This document shows, piece by piece, positions 10,901-20,912 of a DNA stretch of 64,000 nucleotides. Each line of letters starts with the position of its first letter. Within the stretch, counting starts at the first letter, position 1. The notes under the pieces are model-generated. The model did not search any database and had not been told where the DNA came from. It saw nothing but the letters and a program-made list of their open reading frames with translations. A program made the position numbers and the translations under genes. The stretch comes from Eledone cirrhosa (Eukaryota): assembly GCA_964016885.1 (NCBI GenBank), contig OZ024740.1, positions 386,260,001-386,324,000 on the forward strand. The letters run 5' to 3'.

Positions 10901-11826
10901 TAGGGACTCGTAAAACCTATCCTTAAGTTCGTCTGGCAGCCCCGATTGGGGTGCGTAAGCTGATATTATTGTGGTAATTGTCTTATTCAGGACTAGTCTG
11001 AGTTTAATGATTCTTGCATTTACCCTGTACACTGAGATTACTTTATCTACCCACTTGTCAGCTAATAGTATACCTACACCACCCATCCCATCGTCATTTC
11101 CCACCCAGAAAAATTTGTAGCACTGGCTTTTTCCTACAAGGACTCTAGCAGACCCTCCTCTCCATCTAGTCTCTTGCACACAGCATACATCAACTTCCTT
11201 TCGCTCTAGCATTTCTACGATTTCTCCTGCTCTTCCTTTCATTGAGCCTACATTGATGGTACCAACTCGGAGTTTTGGGCATTTGTCGACACTCGTAGGG
11301 GAGGGTCTCTGGGTTGGCGCTTCACGTGGGTGCTTGGTAGCTCGCAGATTCATATTTCATCTATTGATTCAGAGTTGCTCGTGTATTCCCAGCTCATCCA
11401 TCCCTAACGGTGGGAAAATTGAGGGCTAGAAGGACAGTGGTGGTGGGGTAATGGCAGGGTGTGTTGGGATGCGCCAGAGGAGGAGAGAGTTAGTTAGGCA
11501 GGTAGTAGCAGCAGCAGCAGTGGAAATGGCATGCTAGGTTTGATTGGTCGAATAGACTATGGTGGTGTGTGGGGGTGGGGGGGAGGGAAATTGTGCGGTA
11601 GGAACTGAGGGTCGCATGGTAAATATCCAAGTTAATACTACATCAGTAAAATTAACAATAATAACGTCATGAAAAAAGCTACTAAGAGAAACCCTCGAAA
11701 ATTTATCGCTAATACAGCAGGGAAAATTTAACGCTAATACAGCAGGGAACATCATAATATTAACGACATGAAAAAGCTACTAAGAGAAACCCTCGAAAAT
11801 TTATCGCTAATACAGCAGGGAAAATT
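7930..11826 (-). mobile_element. Apparently full-length RTE-clade non-LTR retrotransposon (copy 1)
   Basis: (TGA)n 3' tail at 7930-7950, ~280-bp 3' UTR, a single APE-RT ORF and a ~470-bp 5' region. Boundaries are set by the interrupted MITE. Confidence 0.93.
8234..11353 (-). CDS. RTE LINE polyprotein: apurinic-like endonuclease + reverse transcriptase + PHD-like finger (1039 aa, uninterrupted)
   Basis: APE motifs GTINVG, CCVQET, SAYAPQ, GDFNGH, LDFIL and SQHSLV. RT motifs NYRGIKL, QFGF, DLEKAFD, GVHQGSVLSP, YADD and FCYLG. RTE C-terminal motifs LHGSETW, RRLRWYGHVMR and GRPK. Confidence 0.97.
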   Translation of the reverse strand: MNLRATKHPREAPTQRPSPTSVDKCPKLRVGTINVGSMKGRAGEIVEMLERKEVDVCCVQETRWRGGSARVLVGKSQCYKFFWVGNDDGMGGVGILLADKWVDKVISVYRVNARIIKLRLVLNKTITTIISAYAPQSGLPDELKDRFYESLIHTTALTDDKDFLIIAGDFNGHVGKHCDGFNRVHGGHGVGTRNEEGFRLLEFCDANDMSICNTNFKKPDNHLITYRSGEHSSQLDFILIRGRDRWTVVNTKAFPSEECTSQHSLVVSDLTVRTRRALKQRPTWRRKIWKLKVPSTSNRFKDILLNAYDSKEEQIETFNVEENWEFLKNNLLEATDEVCGWSKTSSRRRVTWWWNNKVDEAVKAKRQAWKEWKNGGSRVHYIETKREARRQVYLARREAEDRKFKHVLQREDQKQEVFKIARQCVRDSCDVIGEKCIRNDKGELALTSAEKKDAWKSHYDRLLNEENAWEEETLPHVDPIEGPAVQVSGSVVSKAIRDMKIGKATGPSGIAAEMLKASGSVGHTITTRIVNQVILEGAIPKDWCSSIIVNCYKGKGDALDRGNYRGIKLMDQVMKVTERVIAQLIRDRVNIDEMQFGFVPGKGTTDALFLVRQLQEKYLAKSKPLYLAFVDLEKAFDRVPRAVIWWALRKLGVDEWLVKAVQAMYRGAVSKVRIGNEYSEEFSVQVGVHQGSVLSPLLFIIVLQAITEEFKTGCPWELLYADDLALIAESMVELENKFQTWKQGLERKGLKVNMTKTKVLISRRENRTQILSGKWPCSVCRKGVGRNSILCPKCKQWVHKRCSGISGSLIKNVGFTCSSCAETASKQPQETSTTNLWEGPVETVDSFCYLGDRISNGGGCSESTITRVRTGWKKFRELLPLLAAKGFSLRMKGRLYDACIRTAMLHGSETWALKVEDLRRLERNEACMLRWMCNSNIRERQSINELRERLSIRGIKCCVQERRLRWYGHVMRMKDDSCIKRCRALEVDGNRGVGRPKMTWDEVIKADLTQLHLSKSMTHDRDFWRHAVIQGTRPPMGTC

Positions 11827-11829
11827 TAA
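11657..11829. repeat. ~99-bp tandem monomer (about 1.75 copies) with a 25-bp sub-repeat at the LINE 5' end
   Basis: catgaaaaa(a)gctactaagagaaaccctcgaaaatttatcgctaatacagcagggaaaatttaa occurs twice; cgctaatacagcaggg occurs three times. Confidence 0.9.
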
Positions 11830-11849
11830 TGTAAATGCTAAAAGGTTAA
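11827..11849 (+). mobile_element. Right TIR of the interrupted MITE M1
   Basis: taatgtaaatgctaaaaggTTAA matches the end of the intact copy (taatgtaaatgctaaagggTTAA, 46243-46265). Confidence 0.85.
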
Positions 11850-11981
11850 GCTATGATCACACCACTTTTTTTCTTTTTACTCCATCAGTTTTCCTCTGCA
11901 GTATTTATCTTGCACTCTTAGCATATGGTTCATTTTTCACCCAGTACCCACAGATTCTACAGCATACGTCAGTTCAAACCT

Positions 11982-12140
11982 TTAACCCTTTTGATACCAG
12001 CTTGCCTCTGTTTCTATGAAACAAACCCAACCATTTTAAAGGGTTACTACTTAAATTAAAACTTTCCACCATAACTTTATATAAGAACACTTTGTATTTT
12101 AATAAATTAACAAAGTATTTCATTAGAAATATGGTAGCTG
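11982..12140 (+). mobile_element. TTAA MITE family M2; other copies at ~6394, 15908-16354, 18390, 22916-23835, 24040-24273, 42023-42313, 58223-58415
   Basis: Recurrent ends TTAACCCTTTTGATACCA and ...atgaaagggTTAA with a shared AT-rich interior. Confidence 0.65.
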
Positions 12141-12914
12141 AGCCACTCTCTTGCCTCATAATTCATGAAAATTAAAATGGCATATCCAACAGATCATGTC
12201 ACATTTCTCTCAAGCCTGTGCAGGATTTTAACACTCAGAACCTAAAACTAAATATGAAACACCTCTACTTCTGCACAAAATACTGGTTGGTAGGCTTAAT
12301 CTGCTGCCCAGTTTAACACCGCCATATTGATCCTGGGTGCTTGTAATGAACCCCATTCTGTTGAAAGCATTGAAGAAGCCAAATCACTTATGCAAACACC
12401 AGTCTGATGCCGTAATAATAACTCTCATGTGAGTATAACCTGTCATCAGAACAGAATAAAGCCAAACATGAATGTACAAAGTGTTGAGGAGCTGCTGAAC
12501 CAAGTTTGAGACATACTGACTGTAGAGACACATGTTCCTTGCCTGGATGACATGTAAGCGACCAAAGCACTTTGACTATACATTTGATATGCCAAGCCAG
12601 GCACTAACATTTCAACTCCTGGTTACATCACAGCTTTGGTGAAAAACATGCTCTACAGTTGACACTCTGCCCCCAATAACACCACTCGAAATAAAGAAAT
12701 CACTGACAAAATAAGCTTATGTACCTAATAGCTACAATCAATATTGTCCTCAAAATGAATCCTTCTTCCATAGGTACAGATTCGTTTTAGAGACTTCTTT
12801 TATCTCTATTGATATTATCAATAAAACCTACTATGGATATTGAGTGCAAATTGAATCAAGAGCTACATGAATTTAGACTTTCTAGGACTGCCTATCATAC
12901 AAGATGTCACCCAA

Positions 12915-13215
12915 GATGCATGGCCAAGTAGTAAAGTTTACTTTGCAATCATGAGGTCCTGGGTTCAATTCCTCACCGTGGCAACTGGAGCAAATGCGCA
13001 AAATTGTACAAATAGGAACTGTGTGGTAGCATAACAAATGTATTGTAACTGGAATTCAAAGTTCTATCCTTGTCACAAAATAAGTCACACTGCTTCAGCC
13101 TTTAAGCTAAATCAAAAGCACATGTGTCAGTAAAAGACTCAGCCAGTTACATGCTAATTTAAAAAGTGGGTAATTCAGTTGATTAAACAACTGAACACTC
13201 ACTGTCAAAACAAAT
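12915..13215 (+). mobile_element. Old tRNA/CORE-like SINE relic; relatives at ~46285-46460 (+) and ~49130-49460 (-)
   Basis: B-box-like gggttcaattcc followed by gtggca.ct.gagcaa.tg and ggaaactgtgtg. Confidence 0.5.
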
Positions 13216-13559
13216 ATTGGATCCATCAATATTCTGAGCAAATATACATCTTTACTCGGCTGCTTTTATTAGAAAAAATGCCTATGTGTAATAGTGGTCC
13301 TAGTTTTATTCCATCAAGTTGAGTCATAAACAATTTTTGCTATTTATTGATTTAACTAACTCCTCGCCTACTTATCTCTACTTATCACTGCAATTGTACA
13401 ATCAGATAAACTAACTTAGATATATAACAATAAATGTATCATAGCAGCCATACTTGTAGAAAGCAATAATAAATACCACAATAATAACATTGCTCCTGAC
13501 ACTGCCAAGGTTGACAACCTTTCATCTCTACAAGAAAAGCAAGTGAATAAAATAAATAC

Positions 13560-13625
13560 CAGTGTTATATTGGGTTTCATTAACTCAGCATCACTCTTCT
13601 CTTGCAAATATTGGCCTAGTGCCCA
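13560..13625 (-). CDS. Host-gene internal exon (66 nt, WALGQYLQEKSDAELMKPNITL)
   Basis: Strong T-run acceptor tttttttcag|TGG and donor CTG|gtattt. Phase 0/0 and open. Joins in frame to the exon at 19441-19604. Confidence 0.65.
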
Positions 13626-14695
13626 CTGAAAAAAAAAAATCAATATATTCTATTTTGAAGCCTATACACTATGAAATGGAATAAATAAAGCTGCAGCTGA
13701 AATTTAAAAAAATTCCTGGCCTTAATTTTAACTAATCATGAAAAAAGAATATCTTAATAATGTATACCTTTCATGTAGAGTGAGAAAAAATAGTGCACAA
13801 GAGAGAGAGAAAAGTTTAGGAAAAATTTTTTTTTAATTTTCCATATCTGTTGAGCAATGCAAGGAACATGTGGATTTTATGACGCTAAAATGAGAGGTTT
13901 CATTTCCACTTTTATATTATATTTATTATATAACTGATGGAAAGTTATATATTTATTATATAACTGCAGAAAGAAAGACCACAAGTAATGAACTAAAATA
14001 TGTAAAAATTAATACAAAATACTTTGATGTTGGCAAATAGCTTTCAAAAATACCTCTTAGTATTTAATTTTCAAAGAATTGCCAAGAGTAGCTTTGGTTA
14101 CATTTGGAAACAATCCAAATGGGTATAGCACAAGCATCAAATAGATAATATTTGAATGTATATTGGATATAAGATATAGATGAGGTTTCGGAATCAACAA
14201 GTAGATAATTGGAATAAAATTTATACTTAGTTGCCTTTGCTAGTTACCACCCAAATTTGGTGAGATATGTTTCTTTAAAGTAATATGAGGTTAAAAGATT
14301 AGGTTATTGATCACATGATGAGTCTATTATTTTACTACAGCCCCTGAACAAAGTATATATCATCACTTGACTGAATCTGCTTCAGTAGCTAACAATAGAA
14401 AAGAAAGAATCTAGTTGTAAAAATAACAGGTTCAACAGTTTGTTAATGTCTAAATTTGCTTGAATTTCATTTAACCATGAAAATTGGATATAAAGCATTT
14501 ATTTTTTTAAAAACACAAATTAGGATAAACTGGGAGGAAAAAATGTAAAGTTCAAAGTTGCCCTCAATCAGAATATACACAATGCCATTACAAGTGCAGT
14601 TTTCTAGGAGGTATAATACAATAGTCTAAACCTTGCTATCAGAAATTTGCATTAATTTTCAAACGTCATGCTTATCTGTTCGCATTATTTTCAGT

Positions 14696-14854
14696 GGTGG
14701 ATTGGCAGTATCGGTAGAGGGTCAGACGCCATACTTGGCCTGGGTTCAAATCCCGTCGAGGTTAACTTTGCTTTTCATCGTTACAGGGGTCGATAAAATA
14801 AAGTACCAGTAATACACTGGAATAATTGCTGGCCTTGTGCCAAAAGTAGAAACA
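14696..14854 (+). mobile_element. SINE family A, internally deleted copy
   Basis: A and B boxes present. 12-bp TSD attattttcagt at 14684-14695 and 14855-14866. Confidence 0.9.
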
Positions 14855-15022
14855 ATTATTTTCAGTTAATCATACTCAAGAGAATTTTATGTTTGTAATT
14901 TTCTTAATTTTCTATGTGCAGGCTTGAAATTTTGTCAGTAGATGTTTAAATATCAATAATTTACAATTATATAATTTTACCTGATTTTTGGGGTCAAATT
15001 TGACTTTTATGGGCAGGTGAAA

Positions 15023-15643
15023 TTAATTAATAGAGGCATTTGAAGTATCAACCAGGTGCAAATACTGGTTTAATCTTAAATATGTTGTTTTCAGCATAAT
15101 ACTTGATATATAAGAATCACTAAACCTTATATCAGTGTTCCAGTAATTCCACAGTCTTGGAAATTGTTTTATACCGAACATAATATTTACGGTAAAAAAT
15201 GCTTGCATTTCCACAGCATCTGTCGGTCGCCATAACAGATTGAGTTTTCCTTGATTTGAAATCTGTTGTTGGGCATATCGATTAATCTCTTCTGCCACAA
15301 CTTCGAAGAAAATTTGTGGTAAAAACAAAAAGAAATAATCCAGTGCTTTAGCATCAAAAGCTAATGTGTGTTGTGGACCAGTAATTTTAATAAAATCGGG
15401 AACATATATTAGTGTAGTATTTTTCAACCATGTTGCTGTAATATCTTCAATGGCGCCCTGGACACCTCCTTCGTTTTCACTTTCAAAACAACAATCATCG
15501 TCGGACAAAATTTCAGAAATATAAACATCAGATTCATTTGAAGATAAATCACTAATATTATCGTTTGTTTGTTGTTTATTTTGAATGTCGTCGTGTGTAA
15601 AACCTTCAAAGTCGGTATCGCTACTTCCATAAGCCATGTTCAT
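15023..15643 (-). pseudogene. Truncated piggyBac (PGBD4-like, DDE_Tnp_1_7) transposase N-terminus
   Basis: Acidic N-terminus (SDTDFEGF), then LDYFFLF..VAEEINRYAQQ, W.PTD..EM.AFF, YWNTD and YL.L.QYLHL.D, as in piggyBac transposases. Stops at ttaattaa. Confidence 0.85.
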
Positions 15644-15902
15644 ACAAAAAAAAATTTTTTTGCACTTTCTAAGTTAAAAAAATACTTGTTGTTTTAAGTT
15701 GTTCCACTATATTAAGTGTTAATTTTCGCAGTAAGGGCCTAATCTCGCAGCAGTCTCGAATTGACAAGATTTTGATGATGGTTTGTTTATTTTTAGAACA
15801 ATTTTTTAGTGTGGGTGTTTTCGGGCGATTTCAGGCGGTTTGAACAAATGAAGGGGAAATAATTTTGGGCGGTTTCGGGCGGTTTGAACACTAAAGGATT
15901 AA
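15023..15902 (-). mobile_element. 5' part of a piggyBac element with terminal and subterminal repeats
   Basis: End reads TTAA-TCCTTTAGTGTTCAAACCGCCCGAAACCGCCC on the minus strand. The gggcggtttc/ggcggtttgaaca motif is repeated at 15818-15890. Confidence 0.75.
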
Positions 15903-16064
15903 TTTCTTTAACCCTTTCATTACCATATTTATAATGAAATATACTGCATTTGGATTGATTAATAAAGAATTTGGAAGGATTTACTAAAATAATTATTTCA
16001 TTGAGATGGTTTTTGTAAATTTAACAAAAGATTCATATGTCAAACTATGTTGGAAAATTTTAAT

Positions 16065-16277
16065 CTAACCTCTCAGCATTTACATTACTCTATATATACT
16101 ACTGTACTTTCGCAGCAAAGGCTTCACCTCACATAATTATCTCAAATAATATCAAATCTATGAGATTTTGATATTATTTATTTTGAGAACAATACCTTAA
16201 TGTCGGTATGAGTGACCGGTTATGGCTGGTTTGAACAGAAAGAGGTGAGAATTCTAGCCGGATATGGCCAGTTTAAT
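16065..16277 (-). mobile_element. MITE M1 copy nested in MITE M2 (15908-16354)
   Basis: Reverse complement of 46041-46265, flanked on both sides by M2 sequence. Confidence 0.75.
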
Positions 16278-16744
16278 TGGAAACCTTTAAAATGGGTTGT
16301 TTCATTTCATAGAACCAGAGGCATTTTCTGACTGGTTGGTATCAAAAGGAGTAAAAGGAGTAAAAAATAGGGTCTAACCTCCCTTCACAGTTAACAGCAT
16401 GCCTCATCAATTCATAAGCATAAATCAATAGGATAAATATAGCAAAAGGTGAAGAATGGCATATCACAGTACTTAATTTTTACTAAATTGACACTTGCTG
16501 CTGAGGGAAGCTCCTTTGAATTCTACTGGGTGTATTTTATCTCTTTATTTCCATTCAATGCTATACTGCATATATATCTGTCCTAGGACAGTTCTTGTAG
16601 CATATCAGATTTGATATAAGAGCCCCTCATTCAACTTTTCCTCTTTTCTTGAGAATGTCTTGTGTGATCTCCCACATCCCTTCTCATGACATAATGATAC
16701 TAATTTGGGAATGAGAGATATATATATATATATATAGAAAGAAG

Positions 16745-16905
16745 AATTATCTCCAGTTCTTGACTGGCACTTTATCTATCATCTCCAGAAAGAAAAAAAG
16801 GCTAAGTTGACCACCTCAGGCTTTGAACTTGGGGCAGAAGGTTGGATTAAACATTGCAGGGCATTTTGTCCACCATTCTAATGAATCTGCTAATTTTTCA
16901 CCTTA
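16745..16905 (-). mobile_element. Old SINE-A copy; further decayed copies at ~17553-17712, 20005-20110, 29900-30050, 31270-31460, 36555-36752, 37330-37540, 46600-46790, 49775-49945
   Basis: Degenerate matches to gaaaggcaaagtcaacctcggcgggatttgaactcagaa. Confidence 0.65.
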
Positions 16906-16916
16906 ATAGTAATATA

Positions 16917-17062
16917 CTAGCAGAATGGCCCGGCATTACTCAGGATTTGCTCTAGGGTTCTTATATATTTGATATATATTTATCCTTATCGAGCCTCGTG
17001 AAATAAATACGTTTGTTTATATTTTGTTATTGTGTATGCAAAAATATCTGTACATGAATATA

Positions 17063-17110
<48 letters not shown>

Positions 17111-17224
17111 TAACAGATTAAAGTTTAAGCAAAGAATCGTTGCTTTCACCCTTAACGGGACCTTCTGAAACTAAAAAAAAATTAATCTGTGAACGCAGAA
17201 GTAAATATTTCGAAAAACGTTACA

Positions 17225-17283
<59 letters not shown>

Positions 17284-17551
17284 GACATAGCGTCATAATG
17301 TCGTAATCCAGACATACAGATATTATTATAAGGGCACAACGTTATATCTACGTATCTATCTAAAAAGAAAGACTAAGAATTATAGAGAGAGAGATCGCTA
17401 AATCGCCTAATGCAGTTCCTAGGGCATTGAAAATTTGAAATTGTTTTTGCTCAAAACACTCACACGTGTAAAGTTTGAAAAAAATCGGTTGGGTGGTTCT
17501 CGAGTTTTAGGGAGTCAGACAGACAAACATTCTCTGTTTTAGATATATAGA
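16917..17551 (-). mobile_element. Non-autonomous Helitron
   Basis: Minus strand begins TCTATATAT and ends CTAG. It sits between host A and T with no TSD, has a GC-rich imperfect subterminal hairpin (cccggcattactcagg) ~10 nt from the 3' end, and contains internal (TA)n. Confidence 0.75.
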
Positions 17552-17735
17552 TAATAATTTGGGTACAAAGCCAGCAATTTTGGGCAAGGGAATTCTATTA
17601 TATCGACCCCAGTGCTTTATTTTATCAACCTCGAAAAGATGAAAGGCAAAGTTGACTTCTGCAGGATTTGAACTTAGAACAAATACCATGATACTAACAA
17701 CTCTGCCAATAACTGTCCTGTCTATATATAATAAT

Positions 17736-17919
17736 TGTTTCTACTTTTGGCACAAGGCCAGCAATTACCCCAGGGTATAACTGGTACTTTATTTTATCGA
17801 CCCCATAAGGATGAAAGGCAAAGTTAACCTCGGCGGGATTTGAACTCAGATCATAAAGGGCCGTAACTCTTTGCTGCAAAGCATGGCGTCCGACTATACC
17901 AATACTGCCAATCCACCAC
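17736..17919 (-). mobile_element. SINE family A, young full-length copy
   Basis: 19-bp TSD cctgtctatatataataat at 17717-17735 and 17920-17938. A and B boxes present. Confidence 0.92.
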
Positions 17920-18690
17920 CCTGTCTATATATAATAATAATTTCTATTCTCTATCAATAGAACCCTTTTCCATAAGAGGCTTTTCCATAAAAGCTGACAA
18001 ATGAAAGGAAGGTACTGAACTAAATTCTATAAAAACTATAACACTAACATTCTGACATCATCTCATATATCACTATAATTCACTTTCAAATATTTAGATG
18101 TCAATGACCTGATAAACTTTCTGCTCTGCTAAATTATGCATGCCATGTTCTATTTTCCTTTTTTTTTTTTTTTTTTTTTGTTTTGTTGATTTTGTCTTTA
18201 CATGTTTCTTTTTTTTAATCTAGAAATGATTTACAGTTTTAACTTGATAGCCAGTAGATGTAATAGTTTTGTATATAGGTTCACAGTTGAAGCCTTTCCA
18301 ATATTCACTTTACCATTTATCCTACCAGACACCACAAAAGCAATTACCACTCAAATAATCAGAGTAAGTATTTAAAAAAGTAGAATACATTAACCCCTTT
18401 GATACCAAACCACCCTGTATTTATGATACAATACTACTCATTTTAAAATGCTTATCCATATATTTAAAACCTTTCATCATAATTTATTTTTTTAAAATTA
18501 AGTAATGTTCTAAATATCAACTTAATAATGAATAAGTTATTTTATTAAATTCATCCAAATGTTTGGTATTCTCAAACTTAAATGAAATGGTTAAAAGTAT
18601 TGAACGTGTAAGTTGTCCCAACTCCAACCAAAAGTGATTAGAGCCACCTAAAGACAATAAAAACAATCTGACAAGTATTTGCGATACAAT

Positions 18691-18869
18691 TTAACACTTA
18701 ATATCCTGTACCACATGAAACTGCATCAGCAAAGACATTCTTGAAAATGTATAAAACAGAACTTTGACTGCATTACATTAAAATCAACTCCAATATTAAT
18801 ATTTTTTCACAATGATCACAATAATCCATTTTTTAAATATTTCCTGCTAAATCGTTACAGGATGTTAAC
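18691..18869. mobile_element. TTAA MITE family M3; copies at 34079-34295 and a tandem pair at 37578-38014
   Basis: Ends TTAAC.CTTAA.ATC ... caggatgttaa. Interior (agacattct.gaaaa, atttt..ca..a) is shared with the other copies. Confidence 0.6.
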
Positions 18870-18962
18870 TATTGGTTTTTGCATTAAACCAACTCAGAAT
18901 AGAAAAACTTAACTGATTACATATGTATGTTTATTTATTTTATTTTATTTTATTTTTTTTTT

Positions 18963-19288
18963 CATTTAACGTCCGCTTTTTCCCTGCTTGCAAGGGTGGG
19001 ACGGGAACTGATTCTGGCTTGATTTCTACAGCTGGATGCTCTTCCTAACACCAACCTCATTTACAGTGAGTGCTGGGTGTTTTTTTGCCGTGGCACCTCT
19101 ACGACCACTTTGCAGTGGAATGATAGGGACCCCAGTCCCTATCATCTCATTTCTACAGCTGAGTAAACTGGAGCAATGTGAAATAAAGTGTCTTGCTCAA
19201 GGAAACAACACATCACCCGGTCTGAGAATTGAACTCACAACCTTTCGATTGCAAGGCCAATGCTCTAACCACTAAGCCATGTGCCTCC
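18963..19288 (-). mobile_element. tRNA-derived SINE, family B (RTE-derived tail)
   Basis: Head GGAGGCACATGGCTTAGTGGTTAG..GAGTTCAATTCTC, CORE-like ccttgagcaagacactt, and a 3' part nearly identical to the RTE 3' UTR. Confidence 0.92.
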
Positions 19289-19440
19289 ATAGGCATGGAC
19301 TAAATATTCAATAACACTATTCAGGCTTTAACTTGAGAAAACTGGCTATACACTGACAACTACAATACAATATCTGTTTCTAAATGACACATAGTGTTGG
19401 AAGGAAAATCCGTTTAGATGTCAACCGCCACACCTGTTAC

Positions 19441-19604
19441 CTTCTCCAGGTAGACATTATGATTAGAAAAAAATAGATTTATAATATTCATGATGCTTCC
19501 TCCAAAATATTCTCTAATCACTTGAGAGATAACATGAGCCCAATCTTGAACTCCAGATCTTGTTCTATTCAACATGCTAAATGAAGAAATGATATTACTA
19601 CAGG
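19441..19604 (-). CDS. Host-gene internal exon (164 nt, or 167 nt with the alternative NAGNAG acceptor): (A)CSNIISSFSMLNRTRSGVQDWAHVISQVIREYFGGSIMNIINLFFSNHNVYLEK
   Basis: Branch-like actgac, acceptor tttgtttcattgtaaaagcag| and donor AAG|gtaaca. Only one frame is open; phase 1 in, phase 0 out. Non-repetitive sequence. Confidence 0.7.
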
Positions 19605-20912
19605 CTGCTTTTACAATGAAACAAACGTCAGTAATGATACACAAAACTTAGATTTACAAATGAAAGTAGAGTATATATATCCTACAGTGTAATTATTAGC
19701 ATTTCTACCCAATAAGCAGAATAATCATTATTTGATTTTATCAGGGAGTTCCTCATTATTTTTCCCTTTTCAAAATCATCATTATTTACTAATATAATCA
19801 TTTAATATTGCTGATTTATATTTTTATATATATATATATATATACATCATAGATATTAACTGTAATTAATTATATTCTTTGATCTCCAAACGGTCATTTT
19901 TTGTTTGAAATTTATTGTTTATAAATGTTTTGCTATTTAACACTGATTACAGAAAAATAAAATGGTGTTATTAATTATAATTCATTTAAACATATTGAAA
20001 TCATCAATTTAGCAGAGTTGAGTGTAAGCTTAGCAATATTTTCTGGCTCTTGGCACTCAAAATTCAAATTTGCCTTTCGTCCTTTTGGATTCAATAAAAA
20101 ACAGTCAAGGACAATGGCTTGGCAGAATTGTTAGAGGTGCCTTGCATTATGTGTTCCAGCCCTTTGCATTGAGTTCTTGGACAGAAGAATTAATCTGTTG
20201 CCCAATTTAACATCACCACCTGGTTCTTGGATACTTTTATCAGAGTTCATACTACTACAAGCATTCAGGCCAAGTCTCCAGTTTGAAGACAACTTCCTCC
20301 CACTAATCTTAGAACACACAAAGAGTCATGAGTGCTGAACTTCCCTCTCTGAGTAAATGATAAAAAGAAAAAATAATAATTTAGATAATTGACTTTTCAA
20401 CAAATGTCTACCGATACCTTTGACACTCAGTCACTTTTTCAATTCACCTACATACAAGGTTTCTGGTAAATTAACATTAAATATCCAGTAATTATGTTTT
20501 GAGGCCAGGTTTCATTTTCATAAAGCATCACTTTTCAAAAACATCTCATATCTCTTGTCTTTTGTCCAAAGAAAATAACCCCAATGTTTCCAAGTAGAGC
20601 AGATAGACATGTTCAGCAACCTATCTTCTAATCTTAACCCCAATGCTGCCACTGCATTAATTGTATGTCACATACATCCACAACATACACACAACATCAT
20701 ATATATCTTTTCTATAATGCAATTAAAATCAAATATCAGCTGAACATAGTCTAGATTCAAGCAAAGTATCACTAGTATAAATAGGAACCTGACAGAATAA
20801 TCTAATTGGAATAAAATGAACAAAGGGTCATATACCAACTAAGTTTCTATGAGCAAATTATAAAGCAAAATATTATAGGTAGATATCTCAGATGTTGGTT
20901 TATAATAATTAC

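Noticed and set aside
8364-10913. Plus-strand ORFs (148, 209, 66, 72, 77 aa) and their equivalents in copy 2
   Set aside because: Antisense shadows of the LINE ORF with no recognisable motifs.
11354-11650. HDV-like ribozyme in the RTE 5' UTR
   Set aside because: Known from some RTEs, but I could not build the nested pseudoknot by eye in this C-rich leader; a descriptor search would be needed.
19036-19275. Recurrent 'MPFLTPTSFTVSAGCFF...LQLSKLEQCEIKCLAQG' ORFs (also 29483, 39267, 39783, 50569, 60348)
   Set aside because: Antisense translations of SINE-B or the LINE 3' UTR, not a gene family.
19215-19288. tRNA gene
   Set aside because: The tRNA-like head continues into SINE body and tail in every copy, so it is a SINE promoter region.
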